Below, piece by piece: positions 38,186 through 47,365 of a stretch of DNA of 64,000 nt. Positions within the stretch are counted from its first letter, which is position 1. Each line of letters opens with the position of its first letter. The position numbers and the translations under genes were made by a program. The stretch covers positions 1 through 64,000 of the IMG/VR virus record IMGVR_UViG_3300023184_000037; one strand, written 5' to 3'. Under the pieces are notes generated by a model. That model saw only the letters and a list, made by a program, of their open reading frames with translations, had not been told where the DNA came from and did no database searches. The stretch is from a virus.

Positions 38186-38267
38186 TTGTTAATAACTTTT
38201 TGAAAATATTTAAGCCCAGATTTTTTTATCTGGGTTTTTTTGTTTATATTTACATTATAATTAAAAC
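38184..38267 (+). promoter_or_regulatory. putative early promoter, class B variant (spacer 10 nt longer), containing a terminator hairpin at 38215-38241
   Basis: AATTGTTAATAACTTTTT ... CCCAGAT/ATCTGGG + T run ... TTATATTTACATTATAATTAAAAC. Confidence 0.65.
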
Positions 38268-38280
38268 AGATATATAAAGC

Positions 38281-39084
38281 ATGAATAAATTTAAAACATA
38301 CGGACAATTCATTAACGAGTCAAATCAGAATAATATTGTTAATGTTATTTTAGATTCGTTGGAACCTACAATTGTTGAGATGTTAGCTGCAACTGAAAAA
38401 TGGTTTGTTGAGACTTTTAAACAGGAGTTCACCAAGTATGACAGAGAGATGGCTAGAATCAATTTAACCTATGATATGGTTAAATCTATTGAAATGTACA
38501 CATTGCCAACCGATTCACTGTTATCAATGAACGTACGTAAGAGTGTTAAAGGAAATATTCAAATTGATGCTCAAATCCAAAGAGGAGAAGAGACTTACAG
38601 TTTTTCTACCGAGGCTATTTATGCAGGAGGACATAACATCCAAAGACTTCACTATAGATATATTGTTAAGACAAATATTCCAAAAACTGGCGCTAGCGAA
38701 ATCGCTAAAGAATATGCTGAGAAAATTAAGAAAATGTCTAAGCTTGAAAAACTGAATAAAGAAATTGAAAGTTACGAGATTAGAATTAAAAGAACCGAAG
38801 AAAAAATTGAAGTAAATTCAAAATTGAATGACGATGAAATACTGAATGTTTTAAAGTCTGGTAAAGATTGGTACGAATGGCCAACGTGGTCTGAAATTGT
38901 AAAGAGAGATGCTGCTAAGAATTATGACAATGATGAAAACGTATTCAACCAAAAACAAAAAGAAAGCATGGACTTTAAGATAAAATTCTGGAAGGATATG
39001 AATGTTGATTCACAGAGAAAATACCTTGCAGACTATCAAAAAACCGTTAAAAAACTACAAGCAAAACGGGATTCTATTGTATAG
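38281..39084 (+). CDS. hypothetical protein, putative internal head protein
   Basis: Starts MNKFKTYGQFINE, close to the T4 capsid-targeting sequence MKTYQEFIAE. Confidence 0.7.
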   Translation: MNKFKTYGQFINESNQNNIVNVILDSLEPTIVEMLAATEKWFVETFKQEFTKYDREMARINLTYDMVKSIEMYTLPTDSLLSMNVRKSVKGNIQIDAQIQRGEETYSFSTEAIYAGGHNIQRLHYRYIVKTNIPKTGASEIAKEYAEKIKKMSKLEKLNKEIESYEIRIKRTEEKIEVNSKLNDDEILNVLKSGKDWYEWPTWSEIVKRDAAKNYDNDENVFNQKQKESMDFKIKFWKDMNVDSQRKYLADYQKTVKKLQAKRDSIV

Positions 39085-39136
39085 TTATTTTTTAATTGGA
39101 TATATAACCTAACTTAAGTTAATATATCCAAATTGA

Positions 39137-40429
39137 ATGAATAATCTAAATGAATCTAGTATTTTACAGAATGCCCTAGTTGGCGTTGAATTTGAATTTT
39201 ACTCAAATTTCAGTGCGGAAGATACTGCAAAAAAACTTGCAAAATTACTTGGCAAAAAAATTCACGTTGAGGATAAAGCACATAGTGATTTTGAAGTAAC
39301 CAAAGATGAATTTAAAATAGAACCTGATATGTCGGGTGGCGCTAAACTTCTTGAGTTGGTTACTGGAGCCCTTCCATATACCGCAGCCCGATTAATGATA
39401 ATTAATGTTTGTAAGTGGATTGAAGAGAACGGATATACTAACGACAGGTCTTCGATACATTTGAATCTTTCATTTGATAAATCAAAAATTGAAAACAAGT
39501 ATCGTATCTCTAAGATGAACGTTCTTAAATTCATTTTAGATTTTAATGAAGAGCAAGTATTCAAATTCTTCCCTAAAAGAGAAAACTCAGCCTACGCAAA
39601 ATCGATTAAATTTGTACTTCCAAAAGAGGACACTTACTTCTTTGATGGAAAACACATCAATCAACAGAATTTTATTTACCCTGATACAAAATACTACGGG
39701 ATAAATTTTGACAAGAGACATAAAAATTATCTTGAATTCCGATATATTGGAGGAAAGGATTGGGAAAAGAAAACAACTACAATTCTCTACTTAGTTGATC
39801 GTTTCCTACTTCAATTATGGAAATCAACAGAAAACACCGACTTTACGGAATTAAATGCAATTGAATTAAAAAAGATAGTTGCAAACAATCAAAGAATAAT
39901 CGACGCTAGAAGGGACTGGAAAACAATTAAAGATAATTGGAAAAATGTTAAGTTCACTGTTGATATGAAGGATGACCCTAGAGTAGTTGATATGTACTGG
40001 AGTTCAGTTAAAGAAAGAGTGATGAGATTGTTTACCCATGGAGACCTTAGTAAAGGACATATTAATTATGATTCTGACGCTGGTAAAATTCAAGTAAATG
40101 GAGGTCGTCTAGAATATTGTGTTGACCTTAGAGGATATGAATTTGTAAGTTGTTTTTTACGAGGAGAATTTACAGAATGCGATATGTATGGATGCGATGT
40201 TAGTGGTTCAGATATTCATTATTGTAATTTCTATCAATCAACTCAAATTAATAGTTCTAAATTAGATGGTTCTTATGTTCATGGTACCTGCACAGCAAAC
40301 GATTGTTATGTTTATGGAAAAGGAACTTTTAAAGGAACTATGAACGGTGGAATCTTTAGAGAGGGTACTTATGATAAAAAACTTGCTAAATTTAATGATG
40401 TTGAAATTGTTAAATCTAGAACAATATAA
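39137..40429 (+). CDS. putative amidoligase (COOH-NH2 ligase) with C-terminal beta-helix-like repeats
   Basis: GVEFEF, IEPDMS, ELVTG, SIHLNLS, KYYGINF, YLEFRY. Confidence 0.7.
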   Translation: MNNLNESSILQNALVGVEFEFYSNFSAEDTAKKLAKLLGKKIHVEDKAHSDFEVTKDEFKIEPDMSGGAKLLELVTGALPYTAARLMIINVCKWIEENGYTNDRSSIHLNLSFDKSKIENKYRISKMNVLKFILDFNEEQVFKFFPKRENSAYAKSIKFVLPKEDTYFFDGKHINQQNFIYPDTKYYGINFDKRHKNYLEFRYIGGKDWEKKTTTILYLVDRFLLQLWKSTENTDFTELNAIELKKIVANNQRIIDARRDWKTIKDNWKNVKFTVDMKDDPRVVDMYWSSVKERVMRLFTHGDLSKGHINYDSDAGKIQVNGGRLEYCVDLRGYEFVSCFLRGEFTECDMYGCDVSGSDIHYCNFYQSTQINSSKLDGSYVHGTCTANDCYVYGKGTFKGTMNGGIFREGTYDKKLAKFNDVEIVKSRTI

Positions 40430-40444
40430 AAATAAAATAAAAAA

Positions 40445-41275
40445 ATGGGTAATATATTAATAGGTAACCAAGGATATCAAGAACATCCGGAATGGGACAC
40501 AGAATGCTTTAATAATTTTGTAGATGAACTTGCCGCAGATATAACAGGTTCATGCATGATACCGATGAACCTTCCAAAAAGTGAAGTTCAAAACATAGTT
40601 AAAAGAGCAAAGAAATGGTTCTATAAAAATTATGAGTATTCAGTACAAGAAAACTTTTTAGTAATTCCGGCGGAAATGTTCGCATCGGATCATTTTAAAT
40701 ATTCAAGGTCTTTTACGCTACCCGGAATGGACCCTGTAACTGGAGGTGGTGAAATATTTTCAGTATTTGCAGTACTTGAAAGAGGAAACTCTTGGGGTGG
40801 TAGTATGGATATTAACTTTACGCAAGGGGATTTTGCAATCGAAAGAATGTTAATGGGTGGTATTTATGGAGGTTCTAAAACTGGACAAGCTGCAGAAAAT
40901 TTACAATACTACGTAATCAATGAATCATTTTTTGACCTAGCTCGCCAAATTTTTAAGAATCCTTATAGTTTTCATTATAGCCAACTTACACATGAATTAA
41001 AATTCATGGGAGAAACTCCGAAAAAAGATACAATTTTAAAAGTTTACCAAACTATTCCGGAATGCGCTCTATTTGGAGATGAAGCATTTTTTAGATATTG
41101 TTCAGCTAAAATTAAAATCTCTTTAGGACAAAAACTTGGAATATTTGGATTTGCACTTCCTGGAAATATTCAAGTAAATCCAGACCTGATTAAAGGACTT
41201 GGTGAAGAGGAATTATCTTCATTGATTGAAGAAATTAAGAGTGACGAAGGTACCGACTGGATGTTCCATTCTTAA
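40445..41275 (+). CDS. putative neck/head-tail adaptor protein (T4 gp13-like)
   Basis: AKIKISLG...FALPGNIQVN...LGEEEL resembles the gp13 C-terminus. Confidence 0.65.
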   Translation: MGNILIGNQGYQEHPEWDTECFNNFVDELAADITGSCMIPMNLPKSEVQNIVKRAKKWFYKNYEYSVQENFLVIPAEMFASDHFKYSRSFTLPGMDPVTGGGEIFSVFAVLERGNSWGGSMDINFTQGDFAIERMLMGGIYGGSKTGQAAENLQYYVINESFFDLARQIFKNPYSFHYSQLTHELKFMGETPKKDTILKVYQTIPECALFGDEAFFRYCSAKIKISLGQKLGIFGFALPGNIQVNPDLIKGLGEEELSSLIEEIKSDEGTDWMFHS

Positions 41276-41291
41276 ACAAATATATATTATT

Positions 41292-41645
41292 ATGGAATTA
41301 TACATAAAAACATTAGGTGACCCTAACTATGACGAGGATCAGTTACAAATCGATGAAGATATTGCACTGATAATATCCCAAATCGAAACATTGATATTTA
41401 CCGAGAAGGGCGATGTTATGGGAGACCCTGAATTTGGGCTTAACCTTGAAGATTATGTATATTCCTTTATGTACAATGATACAATGTTACAAGGGGTAGT
41501 TCAAAGCGCTATTTCGCGATACATTCCATTAGCCGCAAAAATACCAGTCCATGTTACTGTTGAATTTGCCGAGTTAACCGAAAAAAATATGGTTTTTATA
41601 GATATATCTATTGACTATAAGCATGGAATAACTATCGCTATATAA
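41292..41645 (+). CDS. baseplate wedge protein, gp25/GPW-like (start moved to MELYIKT...)
   Basis: LIFTEKGDVMGDPEFGLNL motif. Confidence 0.82.
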   Translation: MELYIKTLGDPNYDEDQLQIDEDIALIISQIETLIFTEKGDVMGDPEFGLNLEDYVYSFMYNDTMLQGVVQSAISRYIPLAAKIPVHVTVEFAELTEKNMVFIDISIDYKHGITIAI

Positions 41646-41658
41646 AAAAATAAATGAG

Positions 41659-43479
41659 ATGACTGAATTAAAATTTTTATCAAAGGCCAGAATTAAGGCT
41701 ACTGAAATGATCGCCGATACTCGAACATATATTTCAAGAGTATATGGGCGATCAAGCGATTTATTTACAACAGCTTCGCCATATTCTCAGATACTTGAAG
41801 TATTAGCTGAAATTACTAATTTAGTATTCTTTTATATTGAAGATGCTACAGTTGAACAAAATATCCTAACAGCACAGGACCCTGAATCTATATATGGACT
41901 TGCAAGACTTGCAGGCCATGACGCATTTAGAGGTTCATCTGCGATAGGCGAATTAAAAATAAGACTAAATACAAGCGCATTTAATGATATTGAAGGAAGT
42001 ACATTAAATATACCTGCAAATTCAATAATCAAAGCAAGTAAAAACGGTTTAGAATATATCTTAAGAACTAACAATGACCAATTTGTAATTCAAAAAAGTA
42101 ACCCTGATTATATTTATATTCCGGTTATTCAGGGTAAAATTGAAAAACAAACCCTAACCGGGACTGGAGAAAAACTACAATCATTTAACGTAATTGTTAA
42201 AAAGAATACTGATAATGACTCTGTTAGAGTTAGTGTTAATAGTGAATTGTGGAGCAAATATGATTCTCTATACGATATGCAAGTTGGAACCAAAGGATAT
42301 ATGGTTAAAACTGGAATTACCGGAGGTCTAGATATTTATTTTGGTAATGGTTCATTTGGAGAAATTCCACCTATAGGTTCTACAATTGATATTGAATATA
42401 TTGTTTCAGAAGGGAGCAAAGGTAATTTAACAGGTTCTAAAGACCTTAATTTTAAATTTCAAACCGAAGGTTTTGACTCGCTTGGAAATTCATGTAACCT
42501 AAATAAATTATTAGAGGCTTCTTTTACAGTTGCACCTAACATGGGATCAGATCCTGAAAGTATTGAACTTACCAAATTGATTGCACCTCTGCAAAGTCAC
42601 TCATTTGTACTAGCAACTCCTGATAATTACGAGGCATTTCTTTCTAAGTATGGAATGTTTTCATATCTAGATGCGTACAATACTACAAATGATGGGTATA
42701 TTGATGACGATAACGTTATTTACCTATTCATGTTACCGGATACAAAAAGAAAACTGAGCAAAAATAACGACTATTTCAATCTGCACTTGGAGGAATTCTT
42801 TTTCTCAGAAGATGAAAAGAATGCATTCCTTACAACATTGGAAAATTCAGGTCGACAGATGGTAACTACTGAAGTTAAAATAGTAGAACCTAAGGCTCAA
42901 TATTTTAGAATGGACGTTAAGGTAAGATACTTTGAAGGTTATAATAAAGTTAACCTATTTGGGGAAATACGTTCAAAAATATCTGATTACTTAATTAATA
43001 TAACAAGAAGAGACCGTTTACCAAAATCCGATATTATTGCGCTATTAGAAGGTGTTGAAGGTATCGACTCGGTAAATGTACGATTTGTTTCTGAAAAGGA
43101 GGAAACTGCAAGAAGATTAGGTTATTACACTAGTGAAACTGTAACTGTAACTCCATCAACTACAACTCTTGAAGACATCGGAAATGGAAAACAAAAATAC
43201 GTTTTCTTTAAAAGAAACGTTCAAACAACCCTTGTTAATTTTGAACCAAATGCACCACTTCCAGAAAATGTAATTAACTTGGACTCTTTTGGAGATATTC
43301 TATTAGAGAAAGAAGAGGTTGCCCTATTCAGAGGAGGATGGGTAGATCGAGAAGGTGCAATGGTATTAGATGACGCAAAAGTTGGAGAGATGGCAGCACT
43401 ATCTGTTTACTTTGATGAACCTGCCGTACCAAATACTATTTTTAGTAGAGTACAGGCCCAAAATAGAAAAGCAATGTAA
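41659..43479 (+). CDS. baseplate wedge protein, gp6/baseplate-J-like
   Basis: TAQ..SI..LA...G, IYFGNG.FG..P, GSDPES, LATPDNY. Confidence 0.8.
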   Translation: MTELKFLSKARIKATEMIADTRTYISRVYGRSSDLFTTASPYSQILEVLAEITNLVFFYIEDATVEQNILTAQDPESIYGLARLAGHDAFRGSSAIGELKIRLNTSAFNDIEGSTLNIPANSIIKASKNGLEYILRTNNDQFVIQKSNPDYIYIPVIQGKIEKQTLTGTGEKLQSFNVIVKKNTDNDSVRVSVNSELWSKYDSLYDMQVGTKGYMVKTGITGGLDIYFGNGSFGEIPPIGSTIDIEYIVSEGSKGNLTGSKDLNFKFQTEGFDSLGNSCNLNKLLEASFTVAPNMGSDPESIELTKLIAPLQSHSFVLATPDNYEAFLSKYGMFSYLDAYNTTNDGYIDDDNVIYLFMLPDTKRKLSKNNDYFNLHLEEFFFSEDEKNAFLTTLENSGRQMVTTEVKIVEPKAQYFRMDVKVRYFEGYNKVNLFGEIRSKISDYLINITRRDRLPKSDIIALLEGVEGIDSVNVRFVSEKEETARRLGYYTSETVTVTPSTTTLEDIGNGKQKYVFFKRNVQTTLVNFEPNAPLPENVINLDSFGDILLEKEEVALFRGGWVDREGAMVLDDAKVGEMAALSVYFDEPAVPNTIFSRVQAQNRKAM

Positions 43480-43748
43480 TGGCTATTTTAAGTAATTTAT
43501 TTAAAGTTCGTAAAGTAAGGAGTTACGATACTCGACTTTCAGTAATGGATAAAAGATTACATGAAGGTAACGATTATCGAACAAACATATTGAGTAATTC
43601 AATATCGAAATATATACAACGAAATGATACAATGTATGATTTTATTGTGATGATGCAACATGTTGTCGCTGATTGGGTTGATTCTGTAACGTATTTAAAG
43701 GCATACAAATCATATACAATTAGAAAAGACGATAAAAAAGTTAAGTAA
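43479..43748 (+). CDS. small baseplate-associated protein
   Basis: 89 aa, coupled to the gp6-like gene. Confidence 0.6.
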   Translation: MAILSNLFKVRKVRSYDTRLSVMDKRLHEGNDYRTNILSNSISKYIQRNDTMYDFIVMMQHVVADWVDSVTYLKAYKSYTIRKDDKKVK

Positions 43749-43750
43749 GA

Positions 43751-46738
43751 ATGGCAAATCAAAATTTAAGATTTTTTGATAGTGAATCAAATGACCTAAA
43801 CCTTCTATATAATTCAGATACGAATATATGGGAGGGAGTTTGTTATTTACCGAAAGTATCGACTGGACTATACGAAACTCTAACAATATACATATTAGAA
43901 CAGGTTGAAGGTGAGCTGGGAGGCGACAAGTTTATTACACCAATTGAAAGTAGCAATTCTGGCGGTTCCGGATCTAAGTTTAAATTCAAGTTTTTTAGTG
44001 GTTATGAATTTAGTGAAGACATATTTATGTACAGTGCTAAAAATAATAATGGAGTTCTTGAAATTCAAAAAGATGAGGTACAAATCCATAAAATATTAAC
44101 TCCAAATCAAGCAAATGTAGTAGGTACAAATGCCAATGGTTTTAAAATAATTGGTAGTAATGTTCCAATGATTCCTGTTAAGTGCAATGTTGCGCTTATG
44201 AGTGAGGAAGATAATTATCATACCAGAATTCTTGACATTTATGAATATACTAGTGGAGAACAAGATGGGCCAGAAGTATTAATTGCAAGCATTAGAATAT
44301 ATGGAGAAACAGAATCTGAAGACGAAAGACTTGGGGTTCTACTATCAAATATGGGAATGTCCCTATCTGAGGAAGAGTATATTATACTTAAAGATTCAAA
44401 CATTTTGGAGATGTCTCCAGACTGGATTTTAATGAATCAAAAGAGAAAGGAACTCTTGCTAGAGGCATCTCAAATACAACCATTTGTCGGTACGTATAAA
44501 GCCCTTCTAAATGCAATTGATTTTTACGGTTACAATAAAATAACAATCAAAGAATATTGGTTGAATATTAATGAACAGGCAGAAAACTTTGGAAAACTGC
44601 AAGCAATTGCACTTCCAAATCAAGACGCTGTTGGATTTCTTGCAAATAAAAATCAAGGAAACCAGTTGCCAAGTTCTAATTTAAAAAAGACTAGCAGATT
44701 TTCTCTTGTATACAGATTAAATGAAGCAGACGGAAATGTTGATGAATGGGATATCCCCACTGTAGTTGAATCGACTGATTACAGTCCAGATGAGGTACTT
44801 ATAAAACTATATGGACTTAAGAATAAATTACAAGAAAAGTACCTACCTCTCCAGGCTAAAATCGTAGATATTACAGGAGAAGGTGATTATTTTGCACAAT
44901 TTAATTTAAACGTTTGGAACAATCAGCACTTTATTAAAGACCAAACTGCTGGACAGAAGGTTGACTTTAGTAGATACCCAAAGGAGAGACAATTATATAT
45001 TGAAGACCTTAGAAAGGTTGATTATAGATTAACTGGAATTAACCAAGACTTTTCTGCTCTTGGTGTTAATACTAGAGAGGCGATAGCTAATTCTATTATA
45101 AATTTCTATGATGAATATTATTTTGATGAGCTGTCAAGCTTCAACACTCTTACTGGAATTCCAGTTGGATGTCCTATTGTTTTAAATGCGGACTCATTTA
45201 TTGGAAGTTGGGATTCTGCAGAATTTACATGGTTAGACGCTGGTAAAGATTATGTAGGTGGTGCAGTTGGATATAACTTTTTTGATGATTTTCCTCCACC
45301 CCCAACTGGATATCCCACAACTGGAGTTAGACCTAATACAATATGCCTTGGACCAACATGCCCGATACCAGTACCTATAGGAACTGTACCAGTAGGAACA
45401 GCGCCAACGGTAAACTTTACATATTGGGATTATTTGCATGCAAATGAACAATACATTTTATGTACATGGGATAATTGGTGGAGACAAGGTATATATGAAT
45501 TAGAATGGACAATACTTGGGCCTAGAGGTTATTCAAAATCTTTTAGAGGACCTGTTGGATTCTACGATATTACTGGAACATTCCGCCCACGATATCAACA
45601 ATTTCCTGTAGTACTTCCATATGCTGGAACATACTCTGTTGAATTGTCTATATTTGACCTTTATAATGTTCGAAGTTCTTATAGAAAGCCTGACTATTTT
45701 GAAGTTAAAAACAAAAATGTTGAAGTTTACGGAATATTCCAAAGAATGTTACCACAATTAAATTGGAACGAGTACAAGTACGATTACGATGTTGCAGGTA
45801 GTGACTGGGATTGGGCTAGAGAGAATACAATCGATGTTGATAGTGTTATCGCAACATATTATTTAACGTTAGACCGGGCCAACTATGTTCACGACGAAGA
45901 GAATGGTGTAGAGTTTTCTACAGTGCGAAGATATGTTGACCCAAATACGGTGACAGGATTTAATGAAACTGCAGGACCATATCAGTGGAGAGCCTTAAGA
46001 ACTCAATTATGGGAAGATGGCGAAGAAGTTAACTGGGACATGATGAGAGTTGGAGCAGATATTAACTCATCGTTTAAGATAGATTTAAGACAATCTGGAG
46101 GTTATAATAATGGTTATGAGTTTTATATAACTCAATATGATGTAAATTCAAACTTATTAATTACCGATTCTTATGAAATACAATCCCCATATCCAATTGA
46201 CGATAATGATTTAGCAGCATGGAGCGCTATTGCAAATGAACTTTCTCAATTAGATCCGGTAGCGCATCCAATCTTGACCAAATTTAATTACAATCCAATC
46301 TTGATCGATACCAATAATAATGGAACTGAAGATACTTGCGAATACATATTGGTAGTTGGTGAAGAACCTTCTAGAACCCATGATTATTTTAGTGTTGGAT
46401 TTAACAATGTAGCGGGTGGAGAAGTAGTTGCAGGATCTGAACTTCATTTTGAAAGTTACAATCCAAATTATCATGACATTTGCGTCATCGATAGTCACAT
46501 GAATGTTAAGCGATTAAATCATGTTACATTTTCATACGATACTACTAATATGCCAGGAATCGTTAAACAAGAGTGGACTCTTAAAAATAATAACGAGAAT
46601 GTAAATGATATATATTATAGTAATACATGGCTGACATACCTATTCAAACACAAAGGTGATTACACTGTTGAATTAGAACTGACCGACGTGAATGGAAATA
46701 AAAACAAAATAAATAAAAATATATTAAAAATCATTTAA
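43751..46738 (+). CDS. large baseplate wedge protein (gp7-like) with PKD-like domains
   Basis: VGTYKAL...IKEYW motif; GTYSVEL and GDYTVELELTD PKD-like strands. Confidence 0.6.
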   Translation: MANQNLRFFDSESNDLNLLYNSDTNIWEGVCYLPKVSTGLYETLTIYILEQVEGELGGDKFITPIESSNSGGSGSKFKFKFFSGYEFSEDIFMYSAKNNNGVLEIQKDEVQIHKILTPNQANVVGTNANGFKIIGSNVPMIPVKCNVALMSEEDNYHTRILDIYEYTSGEQDGPEVLIASIRIYGETESEDERLGVLLSNMGMSLSEEEYIILKDSNILEMSPDWILMNQKRKELLLEASQIQPFVGTYKALLNAIDFYGYNKITIKEYWLNINEQAENFGKLQAIALPNQDAVGFLANKNQGNQLPSSNLKKTSRFSLVYRLNEADGNVDEWDIPTVVESTDYSPDEVLIKLYGLKNKLQEKYLPLQAKIVDITGEGDYFAQFNLNVWNNQHFIKDQTAGQKVDFSRYPKERQLYIEDLRKVDYRLTGINQDFSALGVNTREAIANSIINFYDEYYFDELSSFNTLTGIPVGCPIVLNADSFIGSWDSAEFTWLDAGKDYVGGAVGYNFFDDFPPPPTGYPTTGVRPNTICLGPTCPIPVPIGTVPVGTAPTVNFTYWDYLHANEQYILCTWDNWWRQGIYELEWTILGPRGYSKSFRGPVGFYDITGTFRPRYQQFPVVLPYAGTYSVELSIFDLYNVRSSYRKPDYFEVKNKNVEVYGIFQRMLPQLNWNEYKYDYDVAGSDWDWARENTIDVDSVIATYYLTLDRANYVHDEENGVEFSTVRRYVDPNTVTGFNETAGPYQWRALRTQLWEDGEEVNWDMMRVGADINSSFKIDLRQSGGYNNGYEFYITQYDVNSNLLITDSYEIQSPYPIDDNDLAAWSAIANELSQLDPVAHPILTKFNYNPILIDTNNNGTEDTCEYILVVGEEPSRTHDYFSVGFNNVAGGEVVAGSELHFESYNPNYHDICVIDSHMNVKRLNHVTFSYDTTNMPGIVKQEWTLKNNNENVNDIYYSNTWLTYLFKHKGDYTVELELTDVNGNKNKINKNILKII

Positions 46739-46739
46739 A

Positions 46740-47345
46740 ATGGCAAGTATAACAACAATCCTAGGAACCGACAGTGTTTCTTCATCTAGAATCGTAATTA
46801 ATAATAATTTTGCAGCTCTTAATCAAGATTTAGCAGACATTCAATCATTCTTAAATACGACAAATCAAACACTTACATTAACTGGACAAATTCAAGGTGG
46901 TACACTAAGAGTTAATAATGGTTCTATCGATCTTTTTAAAGTTGATGCGAATGAAGTTAATGTTAATTTACCGATCAAGTTAAATCAAAATACTTATATT
47001 GAGAAAGGATTAATGCATAACGTATACTACAATGCAATTAATTTACCTGCTGCTAATGCGTATGCGTATACTACTTACGTTTTAGATGCAACTAACGTAT
47101 TTTGGGCAAGTACACAATTATTGAATGCTGCTGAAGATGGCCAAGAGGTTACATTTATTGCAAATGGAGGAACTCAACCAATTAAATTTAACCAAAGTAA
47201 TATACTAGGAATTGTACAGCCTGTTCAAATATTAACAGGAGGTTCATTGACACTAAGATATATTGCTAGCATCAGTAAATTTGTTATAGTATCTGCGTTC
47301 AGATGTACAATACAGGGATTTGACTCTATTGTTGATTTAATATAA
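46740..47345 (+). CDS. virion structural protein
   Basis: SRIVINNNF N-terminal motif like gp9/gp10-type anchors; beta-rich. Confidence 0.55.
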   Translation: MASITTILGTDSVSSSRIVINNNFAALNQDLADIQSFLNTTNQTLTLTGQIQGGTLRVNNGSIDLFKVDANEVNVNLPIKLNQNTYIEKGLMHNVYYNAINLPAANAYAYTTYVLDATNVFWASTQLLNAAEDGQEVTFIANGGTQPIKFNQSNILGIVQPVQILTGGSLTLRYIASISKFVIVSAFRCTIQGFDSIVDLI

Positions 47346-47365
47346 ATATAAACCTAATTGCGTAA

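Noticed and set aside
28222-46738. Bacterial contractile injection system (T6SS/eCIS) or a bacterial chromosome
   Set aside because: Neck-like protein, T4-like wedge genes, fibres, phage-type metabolic genes and the lack of bacterial operon context indicate a lytic jumbo phage
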